Shown: piece after piece, positions 51,481 to 60,866 of the stretch | Layout: each line of letters opens with the position of its first letter | Position numbering within the stretch: position 1 is the stretch's first letter | Assembly: GCA_963699535.1 (NCBI GenBank) | Contig: CAVOUJ010000031.1 | Location: forward strand, 51,086 to 115,085 | DNA from: an uncultured beta proteobacterium | GTDB lineage: Bacteria > Pseudomonadota > Gammaproteobacteria > Burkholderiales > SG8-39 | Reading direction: 5' to 3' | DNA length: 64,000 nucleotides | Translations under genes and position numbers: made by a program | The notes under the pieces: generated by a model | What the model saw: the letters and a program-made list of their open reading frames with translations, nothing else | Databases searched by the model: none | What the model was told of the DNA's origin: nothing

Positions 51481-52731
51481 ATGCCCTCGCCCTACCTCCA
51501 GGTTTTTCGCAGCCCGCGGGTCGCGGCAATACTGGTTCTCGGCTTCTCCTCGGGCCTGCCGCTCGCGCTCACCGGGAGCACCCTGCAGGCCTGGCTTACG
51601 GTCTCCGGCATCGACATCAGGACCATCGCGTGGTTCTCCTGGATCGGGATTCCGTACCTGCTGAAATTCCTCTGGTCGCCTCTACTCGACCGCTATGTGC
51701 CGCCTTTCCTCGGGCGGCGACGCGGCTGGATGCTGATCACCCAGGTAGCGCTCGTCATCGGTATCGCAGCGATGGGCACCGCTTCTCTCGGACACGATAT
51801 CTGGATCATCGGCAGCTTTGCGCTGTGGGTGGCGCTCGCCTCGGCTTCGCAAGACATCGTTGTCGATGCCTATCGCACCGATCTGCTGCCTCCGAAGGAG
51901 CGCGGCATGGGCGCGGCGGTCGGCGTGCTCGGCTACCGTATCGCGATGCTCGCCTCGGGCGGGTTGGCGCTGATCCTCGCCGATCAGATCGGCTGGCGTT
52001 CGACCTATTTCATCATGGCTGCGCTGATGGGCGTGGGCGTGCTGACCTCGTTTCTCGCCCCCGAACCCGAGACTCCACCCGACACACCGCGCTCCCTCGC
52101 GATTGCGGTGGTGGCACCGCTGAAGGACTTCTTCTCCCGCCGCGGCGCGGTCAGCCTGCTCTTGCTCATTGTTCTCTACAAGTTCGGCGACGCGCTTGCG
52201 GGCACGCTCACCACCGCGTTCCTGATCCGCGGCGTCGGATTCGATCTCACCGACGTCGGCGTGGTGAACAAGTGGTTCGGCTTCGCTTCACTCGTCGGGG
52301 GAGCGCTCCTTGGCGGGCTGCTCATGACCAACATGAGCCTGTACCGCGCGCTCTTCCTTTTCGGGGTGCTCCAGGCGGTGTCGAACCTCTCCTTCGCCGT
52401 TCTCGCCTGGGCGGGGAAGAGCTACGCGCTCCTCGTGTTCACGGTGGCTTTCGAGAACCTCGCAAGCGGGATGGGCACGGCGGCATTCGTCGCTTTCGCG
52501 ATGGCACTCTGCAACCACCGGTTCTCGGCCACGCAGTACGCGCTCATCTCGGCACTTGCGTCGCTGGGACGCATCATGTTCGGGCCGGTCACCGGCGAGC
52601 TGGTCGCGCTCGTGGACTGGGCTAATTTCTTCGTGGTAACTTTCCTCGCGGCGCTCCCCGGGCTCGCGCTGGTGTGGCTGCTGCGCGAGGAGATCGCCAC
52701 GGCGGAGTCCTCTGCACCGGCGCCGGCTTGA
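51481..52731 (+). CDS. ampG: AmpG-family muropeptide MFS permease
   Basis: 416-aa ORF with 12+ TM helices (..LGFSSGLPLALTGSTLQAWL..RRRGWMLITQ..). Confidence 0.85.
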   Translation: MPSPYLQVFRSPRVAAILVLGFSSGLPLALTGSTLQAWLTVSGIDIRTIAWFSWIGIPYLLKFLWSPLLDRYVPPFLGRRRGWMLITQVALVIGIAAMGTASLGHDIWIIGSFALWVALASASQDIVVDAYRTDLLPPKERGMGAAVGVLGYRIAMLASGGLALILADQIGWRSTYFIMAALMGVGVLTSFLAPEPETPPDTPRSLAIAVVAPLKDFFSRRGAVSLLLLIVLYKFGDALAGTLTTAFLIRGVGFDLTDVGVVNKWFGFASLVGGALLGGLLMTNMSLYRALFLFGVLQAVSNLSFAVLAWAGKSYALLVFTVAFENLASGMGTAAFVAFAMALCNHRFSATQYALISALASLGRIMFGPVTGELVALVDWANFFVVTFLAALPGLALVWLLREEIATAESSAPAPA

Positions 52732-52764
52732 GGGAACCGCGTGTTCGGATGTTCCGGAGGCAAA

Positions 52765-53624
52765 ATGGCAGAAGCTGACTTACACAAACGGCGCCTGTTG
52801 TTGGCGTTTGCGCTCGCACCGGCGCTTGCGTGGGCCCAGAACGCAAAGGAAGAGTTCAAGCCACGAGTGGGCCAGGCGGGCAAGGACGTGATCTGGGTGC
52901 CGACTCCGGAGCGCTCGGTCGAGCGCATGCTGCAGATGGCCCAGGCGGGACCGAAGGACTTCGTGGTAGACCTCGGGTCGGGCGACGGCCGCACCGTGAT
53001 CACGGCGGCGAAGAAATTCGGCGCGAAGAGCCTCGGCGTCGAATTCAATCCCGATATGGTGGCGCTCTCGCGGCGCAACGCCGAAAAGGAAGGCGTTGTC
53101 GAGTCGGCGAAGTTCGTCGAGGGCGACATCTTCAAGACCGATTTCTCGAGCGCGACGGTCGTGACCCTATACCTGCTCGACGATCTCAACCTCGCGCTCC
53201 GGCCGAAGCTCCTCGAAATGAAGCCGGGAACGCGAATCGCCTCGCACGACTTCAACATGGGGGATTGGGAGCCCGACGACCGGTCGAGCCTCGACGACCA
53301 CACCACCTACTTATGGATCGTTCCCGCCAAGGTTGGGGGAGACTGGAAGCTCGGGGTCGATCTCGGGGAGACCGAGGACGCGGTCCTGAAACTCTCGCAG
53401 AAGTTCCAGAAGATCGAAGGCACTCTCGTTTCGAAGTCGAGCCAGATCAGCCTGCGCGAGCCGAGCCTGCGTGGGGACTGGATCAAATTCAGCTTGTGGA
53501 TTATCGCGGCGTGCTGCGCGAATTCTCCGGGCGCGTGCGCGGCGGCGTGATTTCGGGTTCGGTGAGGGCGGACGGGAAACCGGCCGGGCAGTTCCGCGCC
53601 AGGAGGGTTACTGCAACAAAGTAG
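52765..53624 (+). pseudogene. Class I SAM-dependent methyltransferase with an N-terminal signal peptide, frameshifted near 53490-53500
   Basis: ATG at 52765 after GGAGG. Signal-like N-terminus MAEADLHKRRLLLAFALAPALAWA-Q. SAM motif VVDLGSGDGR. The C-terminal beta-rich part continues in another frame (..GDWIKFSL | VDYRGVLREFSGRVRGGVISGSV..). Confidence 0.7.
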
Positions 53625-53665
53625 TTCCGGCCGAAACCGAAGGGGACCGCAGAGGTCGCGTCACA

Positions 53666-55252
53666 TCACTTCCGCAAGTCCCTCAGGATCTCCCGCGCCG
53701 CGTTGTGGCCCGGCGCTCCCGTGACCCCGCCGCCCGGGTGTGCGCCCGCGCCGCAGAGGTAGAGCCCGCGCACGGGCGAGCGATAGTCCGCGTAGCCAAG
53801 GACCGGCCGCGCGGAGAAAAGCTGGTCGAGGGTGAGCGCGCCGTGGAAGATGTCCCCGCCGGTCATGCCGAACTCGCGCTCCAGGTCGAGCGGCGAGAGG
53901 ATGCGGCGCGCGAGGATGCTCGAGTTGAAATTCGGCGCGTAGCGGTTGACCGTCTCGACGATCGCGTCGGCGGCGGATTCCTTGACGTCGTCCCAGCTTT
54001 TTCCATCCGGAAGATTCGGGTCGAAGTGCTGGCAGAAAAGGCTGGCGACGTGCTTGCCGGGCGGCGCAAGGCTCGGATCCACGGTGCTCGGTATCAGCAT
54101 CTCGACGATGGGCTCGCGCGAGAAGCCGCCCGTGCGCGCCTCGAAATACGCGCGCTCCATGTAGCCGAGCGACGGCGCCATGATGATTCCCGAGCTGTGG
54201 TGGGGCATTGCGCTCCTGCCGGGCGCGCACGCAAAATCCGGAAGCTCGGAGAGCGCGACGTTCATGCGGAACGAGCCCGAGGCGCACCTCCAGCGCTCGA
54301 TCCGCGAGCGGAATTCCGGATCGAGCGCCTGCGGCTCCACCAGTTTCAGATAGAGGAGCTTCGGATTGACGCCGGCAGCGACGGCGCGCGCATCGATCTC
54401 GTGGCCGTCGGCGAGCGCGACGCCAGCCGCGTGCCCGGCTTTCACGCGCACCGCGGCGACCTCGGCGCCGGTGGTGATCTCCACCCCGCGGGCGCGCGCT
54501 TCCTTTTCCATCGCCTGGCTGATCGCGCCCATTCCGCCCAGCGCATGTCCCCAGGTGCCGCGCTTTCCGTTCACATCGCCGAAGGCGTGATGCAGCAGCA
54601 CGTAGGCCGAGCCGGGCGAATAGGGGCTGGCGAAGTGCCCGACCTGGGCGTCGAAGCCGAACGCCGCCTTGAGGGGATCGCTCTCGAACCACCAGTCGAG
54701 CATCTCGCCTGCGCTGCGCGTGACGAGCTCCCACAGGTCGCGCTGCTCGGCCCGTGACAGGCACACGAAGCGGCCGCCGAGACCGAGCGCGCGCAGCCAG
54801 TCGCGCCAGCCGCCGCCGATGTTGGGCGGGGTCTCGAGGACCAGCGCGCGCAGCGTGTCTGCCGCCGTTTCGATCGTCCGGTAGTAGTCGGGCAGACGCT
54901 CGGCGTCGCGCGAAGAGAACTTCGCAAGCTCCTTCTGCGTGTCGGCGAACGTCGGGCCGAGCTTGAACGATCGCCCGTCGGTGAGCGGCAGGAAGTTGGC
55001 GAACGGGCGCTCGACGAGCTTGAGGCCGTGCGCGGCGAGCCTCAAGTCGCGGACGACCTTCGGATTGAGGAGGCTCACCGTATACGCGGCGGTGGAATTG
55101 CGGAAACCCGGCGCGAATTCCTCGGTGACCGCCGCCCCGCCGACGACAGTGCGGCGCTCGAGCACGCGCACCTTGAGTCCCGCGCCGGCGAGATAGCAGG
55201 CGCAGGTGAGGCCGTTGTGGCCGCCGCCGACGATGACGACGTCGTAGGGCAC
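53666..55252 (-). CDS. Phytoene-desaturase-family (CrtI-like) NAD(P)/FAD-dependent oxidoreductase
   Basis: GTG start giving VPYDVVIVGGGHNGLTCACYLAGAGLKVRVLERR.. (Rossmann GxGxxG), with a CrtI-like C-terminus. The upstream part of the 646-aa ORF overlaps metW and is rejected. Confidence 0.8.
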   Translation of the reverse strand: MPYDVVIVGGGHNGLTCACYLAGAGLKVRVLERRTVVGGAAVTEEFAPGFRNSTAAYTVSLLNPKVVRDLRLAAHGLKLVERPFANFLPLTDGRSFKLGPTFADTQKELAKFSSRDAERLPDYYRTIETAADTLRALVLETPPNIGGGWRDWLRALGLGGRFVCLSRAEQRDLWELVTRSAGEMLDWWFESDPLKAAFGFDAQVGHFASPYSPGSAYVLLHHAFGDVNGKRGTWGHALGGMGAISQAMEKEARARGVEITTGAEVAAVRVKAGHAAGVALADGHEIDARAVAAGVNPKLLYLKLVEPQALDPEFRSRIERWRCASGSFRMNVALSELPDFACAPGRSAMPHHSSGIIMAPSLGYMERAYFEARTGGFSREPIVEMLIPSTVDPSLAPPGKHVASLFCQHFDPNLPDGKSWDDVKESAADAIVETVNRYAPNFNSSILARRILSPLDLEREFGMTGGDIFHGALTLDQLFSARPVLGYADYRSPVRGLYLCGAGAHPGGGVTGAPGHNAAREILRDLRK

Positions 55253-55256
55253 GGCG

Positions 55257-55865
55257 CTAGCGCCGCTTCTCGACGCGGTACACGGCGAGACTGCCGAAGA
55301 AATTGGCGAAGGTCCTGCACCGGCCGGCCGCGGTGCAGCGTGACGCGCTCGAGCACGCGGATGCCGTGCTCGGCGCAGAACGATTCGAAATCGGCGATCG
55401 TGAAGAGGTGCACGTTGGGCGTGTTGTACCACTGGTAGGGCAGCTCCGGCGACATCGGCATCCTGCCCAGCGCGATCTGCAGCCGCAGGTCCCAGCGGCC
55501 GAAGTTGGGAAAGGAGACGATCGCCTCGCGCCCCACGCGCAGCATCTCCAGGACGATCTCCTCGGTATGGCGCACCGCCTGCAGCGTCTGCGACAGGATC
55601 ACGCAATCGAACGACCCGGCGTCGAAGCCGGCGAGCCCGCGCTCGAGGTCGCTCTGGATGACGTTGACGCCGTTCTTGACGCAGGCGAGCACGTTGGCGT
55701 CGGCGATGTCGATGCCGTAGCCGCGCGACGTTGCGGGTCTGCTTCAGGAACTGGAGCAGCAGCCCGTCGCCGCAGCCCAGGTCGAGGACCGTCGAGTCGG
55801 GCTTGACCCAGGCCGCGATCGCCTGGAAATCGGAGCGATCCGACAGCGCAGCTCTGAGCAGTCAC
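55257..55865 (-). pseudogene. metW: Methionine biosynthesis protein MetW, at least 2-3 frameshifts (about 55850, 55725 and 55315)
   Basis: ..[38 protein letters not shown] | YGIDIADANVLACVKNGVNVIQSDLERGL..FPNFGRW..YQWYNTPNVH.. | ..FANFFGSLAVYRVEKRR stop (TAG at 55257-55259). Confidence 0.8.
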
Positions 55866-57012
55866 GGGCGTTCGAAAATGCCGTCGAAGTAGGCGCGCAC
55901 CAGCGCGTGGTAGCGCGGGTCGTCGAGGAGAAACGCGTCGTGCCCGTGGGGCGCGTCGATCTCGGCGTAGGAAACGTCGGCGCGGTTGTCGAGCAGCGCC
56001 TTGACGATCTCGCGCGAACGCTCGGGCGCAAAGCGCCAGTCGGAAGTGAACGACACGACCAGGAACCTCGAGCTCGCGCCGTGGCGAGGGCCCGCTTGAG
56101 GTCGCCGCCGTGCTCCGCCGCCGGGTCGAAGTAGTCGAGCGCGCGGGTGATGAGCAGGTAGGTGTTCGCGTCGAAGTACTCGGAGAACTTGTCGCCCTGG
56201 TAGCGCAGGTAGGACTCGATCTCGAAATCGACGTCGAAATGAAAACCGATCGATCCCGAGCGCAGCGCGCGGCCGAATTTCTCCATCATCACGTCGTCGG
56301 AAAGGTAGGTGATGTGGCCGATCATGCGCGCAAGCCGCAGGCCCCGGCGCGGAACGACGCCGTGCTCGTAGTAGTCGCCGCCGTGGAAATCGGGATCGGT
56401 GGTGATCGCCTGGCGCGCGACCTCGTTGAAGGCGATGTTCTGCGCCGAGAGCTTGGGCGCCGCCGCGACCACGACCGCGTTGCGGATGCGGGAAGGAAAG
56501 CTCATCGTCCATTGCAGGGCCTGCATCGCCCCGAGGCTTCCGCCCATCACCGCGGCGAAGGAATCGATCCCGAGCCGGTCCGCGAGGCGCGCCTGGGTGT
56601 TCACCCAGTCCTCGACCGTGACGACGGGGAACGACGACCCATAGGGCTTCCCCGTCTTCGGATTCAGGCTCTTCGGCCCGGTCGAGCCGAAGCAGCCGCC
56701 GACGTTGTTGACCCCGATGACGAAGAATTTCTCGGTGTCGACGGGCTTGCCCGGCCCGATCATGTTGTCCCACCAGCCGACGTTCTGCGGATCGTCGGCG
56801 TAGTAGCCCGCGACGTGGTGGGCGGCGTTCAACGCATGACAGACGAGCACCGCGTTCGATTTCGACGCGTTCAGCGTCCCATACGTCTCGTACACGAGAT
56901 CGTAGGAATCGAGCGGCGCGCCGCTCTTGAAGCGCAGCGGCTCCGCAAAGTGCAGCGTCTGCGGCTTGACCGCCCCGACCGAGCGCGGCTCGATGTGGTT
57001 TCTCGGCGCCAT
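55862..57012 (-). pseudogene. metX: Homoserine O-acyltransferase MetX, frameshifted near 56075
   Basis: [43 protein letters not shown].. lies in one frame. The tail ..[29 protein letters not shown].. lies in another. Confidence 0.9.
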
Positions 57013-57021
57013 AAAATGCAA

Positions 57022-57067
57022 AACCCGCTTAGCCTGCCTGCTAAACGGGTTGCCCTCGCTTTAGCAA
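57022..57067 (-). promoter_or_regulatory. Structured metX leader: a terminator/sequestor-like hairpin and a competing upstream helix
   Basis: On the minus-strand RNA, AACCCGUUUAGC-AGGCAG-GCUAAGCGGGUU forms a 12-bp stem with one G-U pair. It is followed by UUUUGCAUUUUAUG, which includes the start codon. Upstream, UGCUAAA can pair with the UUUAGCA of the 5' arm instead. Confidence 0.3.
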
Positions 57068-57182
57068 TATTTGTTTTACGCCCCACGGAGCGGGGCGGCG
57101 CCTGCAAGCTGATCGTCAAATCGGCGCGAGCGAGAAAGGTACCTGAGCGGGGCGGCGGCGTCAATTCCGGCGGCGAGGTGAA

Positions 57183-57323
57183 GTGGGCAGCTTTGCCTGA
57201 GCGACTTGCGCGGCGACGCGCGTGACGGGTGGCCGCGCGCCGACCGCCTCAATGGAGGCGCGAGCGGCCGGGTACCCGTAGCGCGTCGTTTGCCGTGCCC
57301 GGAGCGAAGGCAAAGCTGCCCAC
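57183..57323. repeat. 141-nt imperfect-hairpin intergenic repeat, copy 2
   Basis: The terminal inverted repeat GTGGGCAGCTTTGCC...GGCAAAGCTGCCCAC is 15 bp and perfect. The core matches the reverse complement of 23800-23941. Confidence 0.8.
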
Positions 57324-57328
57324 AAACT

Positions 57329-59083
57329 TCAGGCATTCAGCTTGTCGAGCAGCGCCCGCGCCTTCGCCGGATCGTGCGCGCGGGCGACCCGCGCGGCGAG
57401 CGCCTCCGCCTCCCGCAGCCGGGTCTGCAGGACCCGCTGCTTGATCGCGAGCAGCTGCGCCGGATGCATCGAAAACTCGCGCAGCCCGAAGCCGAGCAGG
57501 AGGCGTGTCATGGTCACGTCGCCGGCCATCTCCCCGCACACCGCGACCGGGATCCTGGCGCGCTTCGCCGCCCGTATGGTGTGCGCGACCAGTTGCAGCA
57601 CCGCCGGGTGCAGCGGATCGTACAGGTGCGCCACCGTGTCGTCGGTGCGGTCGATCGCGAGCGTGTACTGGATCAGGTCGTTGGTGCCGATCGACAGAAA
57701 ATCCAGGTTGCCCGCAAAGTAGTTGAGCGACAGCGCCGCGGCTGGCACTTCTATCATGCCGCCGATCTCGATGCGCTGGTCGTAGCGGACCTTCTGGCGG
57801 TCTAGCGTCTCCTTCGCCTGGCGCACGGCGGCGAGCGTCTGCTCGACTTCGTGCGCGTGGGCGAGCATCGGGATCAGCAGGCGTATCTTTCCGTAGCGCG
57901 AGGCGCGCAGGATCGCACGCAGCTGCGTCTGGAACATCTGCGGCTCGGCCAGGCAAAAACGTATCGCGCGAAGTCCGAGCGCCGGATTCGGGCCGCCGCG
58001 ATCGGCGCCGTTGATGGTCTTGTCCGCGCCGAGGTCGAGCGTGCGTACCGTGACCGGCCGGCCGTCCATCGCGTCGGCGACCTCGCGGTAGGCCTCGAAC
58101 TGCTCGTCCTCGGAGGGCAGATCGTCGCGGTTGAGAAACAGGAACTCGCTGCGGAACAGCCCGACTCCGGCAGCGCCCGCTTCCTTGGCCTTTTTCACGT
58201 CCTGCGGCACTTCGATGTTGGCCTGGAGCTCCACCGTGACCCCGTCCAGGGTGGCCGAACGAGCGGTGCGCAGGTGCTTGAGCTTGCCGCGCTCGATGTC
58301 GATTTCCCGGCTGCGCGCCCGGTACTCGTCGAGCACCCGCTCTCCGGGATTGACGATGAGCACGCCCTCGCGGCCGTCAACGATCAGGACCTCGCCCTCC
58401 CTGATCATGCTGCGAGCGTGATGCAGGCCGACGATCGCGGGAATGTTGAGGCTCCGCGCGACGATCGCGGTGTGCGAGGTGACCCCGCCGAGGTCGGTGA
58501 CAAAACCTGCGTAGTGGTGCTGCTTGAAGAGGATCATGTCGGCGGGCGACAGGTCGTGTGCCACCACGATCAGGTTCTTCTCCGGTGATGGCGCGGAAGG
58601 CGCATGCCCGGTGCCGAGCATGGCCTTGAGCACGCGCTCGACGACCTGCACGATATCCTGCTTGCGCTCGCGCAGGTAAGGGTCCTCGATCCCTTCGAAC
58701 TGGGAAGTGAGGAAATCCATCTGCAGTACCAGCGCCCACTCGGCGTTGCAGCCGCGACTGCGGATCAGGTCGCGGGGCACCGAGGAGAGGTTGGCGTCGT
58801 TCAGCAGCATCGCGTGCAGGCCGACGATCGCCTTCATCTCCGCGAGTGCCCCGGCAAGCAGGCCGGTTTGCAGGGCCGTGAGTTCGCCGCGGACCTGAGC
58901 GACCGCGCGGTCAAAGCGCTCGACCTCGGCTTCGATTTCCTGCGCCGCGATCTGGTAGTGGGCGACCTCCATGCGCGCGCTCGAAACCAGATGCGCGTGA
59001 CCGATCGCGATTCCTCCCGACACGCCGGCGCCGTGCAGCGTGAAGCTCGCGGCGGCCGTCTTCGAGATCTCGGCGGGCTTCAC
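57329..59083 (-). CDS. ptsI: Phosphoenolpyruvate-protein phosphotransferase (PTS Enzyme I)
   Basis: 584 aa, with no GAF domain. Active-site region ..GGVTSHTAIVARSLNIPAIVG.. and a PEP-utilising C-terminus (..SIGTNDLIQYTLA..). Confidence 0.9.
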   Translation of the reverse strand: MKPAEISKTAAASFTLHGAGVSGGIAIGHAHLVSSARMEVAHYQIAAQEIEAEVERFDRAVAQVRGELTALQTGLLAGALAEMKAIVGLHAMLLNDANLSSVPRDLIRSRGCNAEWALVLQMDFLTSQFEGIEDPYLRERKQDIVQVVERVLKAMLGTGHAPSAPSPEKNLIVVAHDLSPADMILFKQHHYAGFVTDLGGVTSHTAIVARSLNIPAIVGLHHARSMIREGEVLIVDGREGVLIVNPGERVLDEYRARSREIDIERGKLKHLRTARSATLDGVTVELQANIEVPQDVKKAKEAGAAGVGLFRSEFLFLNRDDLPSEDEQFEAYREVADAMDGRPVTVRTLDLGADKTINGADRGGPNPALGLRAIRFCLAEPQMFQTQLRAILRASRYGKIRLLIPMLAHAHEVEQTLAAVRQAKETLDRQKVRYDQRIEIGGMIEVPAAALSLNYFAGNLDFLSIGTNDLIQYTLAIDRTDDTVAHLYDPLHPAVLQLVAHTIRAAKRARIPVAVCGEMAGDVTMTRLLLGFGLREFSMHPAQLLAIKQRVLQTRLREAEALAARVARAHDPAKARALLDKLNA

Positions 59084-59349
59084 TCCGCCTCTCCAAAGCG
59101 CTCCGCGACGAGCCGCGCGAGCGCCGCAAGCGCGCCTTCGGCGTCCGAGCCGTCCGCTTCGATCGTGATACGGCTTCCCTTGCCCGCGGCGAGCATCATC
59201 ACGCCCATGATGCTCTTCGCATTGACGCGCCGCCCGTTGCGCGTCAGGAACACCTCTGCCGCGAAGCCGCCCGCGACCTGCGTGAGCTTCGCCGCTGCAC
59301 GCGCGTGCAGCCCGAGCTTGTTGACGACCTCAACCTCGACTTGCGGCAT
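59080..59349 (-). CDS. ptsH: Phosphocarrier protein HPr
   Basis: 89 aa with a His15 context (GLHARAA) and a Ser46 context (NAKSIMGVM). A 4-nt overlap with ptsI. Confidence 0.9.
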   Translation of the reverse strand: MPQVEVEVVNKLGLHARAAAKLTQVAGGFAAEVFLTRNGRRVNAKSIMGVMMLAAGKGSRITIEADGSDAEGALAALARLVAERFGEAE

Positions 59350-59743
59350 GGGAGGAATCGGGGCTCAGCCTGACCACGCCCTCGCGGCCACCGCTCAGCG
59401 CTTTTTCGACTACGCCGGCCAGCGGCGCGTCGCGGTAGGTCAGCGCGCGGATGAGCATCGGCAGGCTCGCTCCGGATGCGCCTTCGACCTTGCCGGGCTT
59501 CAGAAGGCGTGTTCCGATATTCGAGGGCGTCGCGCCGAGAATGTCGGTGAGGACCAGAACGCCCTGGCCGCTGTCGAGCTGGCGCACCAATTCCAGCGCC
59601 TGCGGGAGGATCGCCTCGGGATCATCGTGCACGGTCACGCCGAGCTGCTGAACCTGGAGGGGGCGCTTGCCGAGGACGTGGCTCGCCCCGTGAATGAGCG
59701 CTTCGCCGAAGGCGCCGTGAGCGACGATGAGAATGCCTACCAT
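59330..59743 (-). CDS. PTS EIIA component, mannose/fructose class
   Basis: MVGILIVAHGAFGEAL.. (phospho-His in IVAHG). 137 aa. A 20-nt overlap with ptsH. Confidence 0.85.
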   Translation of the reverse strand: MVGILIVAHGAFGEALIHGASHVLGKRPLQVQQLGVTVHDDPEAILPQALELVRQLDSGQGVLVLTDILGATPSNIGTRLLKPGKVEGASGASLPMLIRALTYRDAPLAGVVEKALSGGREGVVRLSPDSSHAASRG

Positions 59744-59792
59744 GCCCTATTTTGCAGCGGCGCCGGGAATTCGGTAAGAGGGCCAGATCAAA

Positions 59793-60740
59793 CTACGCCG
59801 CGCAAGCCGCCTCGAGAGCATCGAGGAACATGCCCGCGACGTTGAAGCCGGTCTGCTGGGTGATTTCGACGAAGCAGGTGGGACTGGTGACGTTGATCTC
59901 GGTGAGCCAGTCGCCGATCACGTCCAGTCCCACCAGAAGCAGGCCGCGGCTCGCGAGCACGGGCCCCAGAGAATTCGCGATCTCCAGATCGCGAGCCGAA
60001 AGCGGTCTCGCCACGCCGGTCCCGCCGGCGGCGAGATTGCCGCGCGTCTCCCCGGGCTTGGGGATGCGCGCGAGGCAGTGAGGCACCGGTTTCCCCGCGA
60101 TCAGCAGGATGCGCTTGTCGCCGTCGCGGATCTCCGGGATATAGCGCTGCGCCATGATCGAGACGGCGCCGTAGCCGGTGAGCGTTTCGATGATGACGTT
60201 GCGGTTGGGATCGCGGTCTGTGACGCGGAACACCGAGTGCCCGCCCATTGCATCGAGCGGCTTGAGCACCACATCGCCGTTCGCGTCGATGAATTCCTGC
60301 AATTCGCGCTCCAGGCGCGTGACCAGCGTCGGCGCCGCGAACTTCGGGAACTCCGCGATGGCGAGCTTCTCGCTGTGGTCGCGCAGCGCGCGGGGATGGT
60401 TGAACACCCTCGCGCCCTGCCTCTGCGCGAGCTCCAGCAGCCACGTGCTGGTGAGGTACTCGGCGTCGAAGGGCGGGTCCTTGCGCATCAGCACGGCGTC
60501 GAACTCGGAAAGAGGTTGCTGCCGCGGAGAACCGCCGGCCTGATACCAGTCGTCCTTCCTTCCCGTGAGGGTCAGCGGGCAGTATTCACCGATTACGAGG
60601 CCACCCTTCCACATCACGCCATCCTGCATCAGGAAAAAGAGATCGTGGCCGCGCCTCGCGGCCTCACCCATCATCGCGTAGGTCGAGTCCTTGTGGATCT
60701 TGAACGAAGCCAGAGGATCGACGATGAAGGCTATTCTCAT
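59793..60740 (-). CDS. gshB: Glutathione synthetase
   Basis: MRIAFIVDPLASFKIHKDSTYAMM..MRKDPPFD..ATP-grasp..EINVTSPT. Confidence 0.95.
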   Translation of the reverse strand: MRIAFIVDPLASFKIHKDSTYAMMGEAARRGHDLFFLMQDGVMWKGGLVIGEYCPLTLTGRKDDWYQAGGSPRQQPLSEFDAVLMRKDPPFDAEYLTSTWLLELAQRQGARVFNHPRALRDHSEKLAIAEFPKFAAPTLVTRLERELQEFIDANGDVVLKPLDAMGGHSVFRVTDRDPNRNVIIETLTGYGAVSIMAQRYIPEIRDGDKRILLIAGKPVPHCLARIPKPGETRGNLAAGGTGVARPLSARDLEIANSLGPVLASRGLLLVGLDVIGDWLTEINVTSPTCFVEITQQTGFNVAGMFLDALEAACAA

Positions 60741-60866
60741 TTGCGAAGCGCGCGAAACCTCCGCGCCTCAAGCGACGGGAAGGGACGAAGAAATTCTAGC
60801 CCATACGGCGCGCAGCGTCAGTACGATGGAACGCTTGCCGGGCGCGGTGATAGCGACTGGGCGCGC

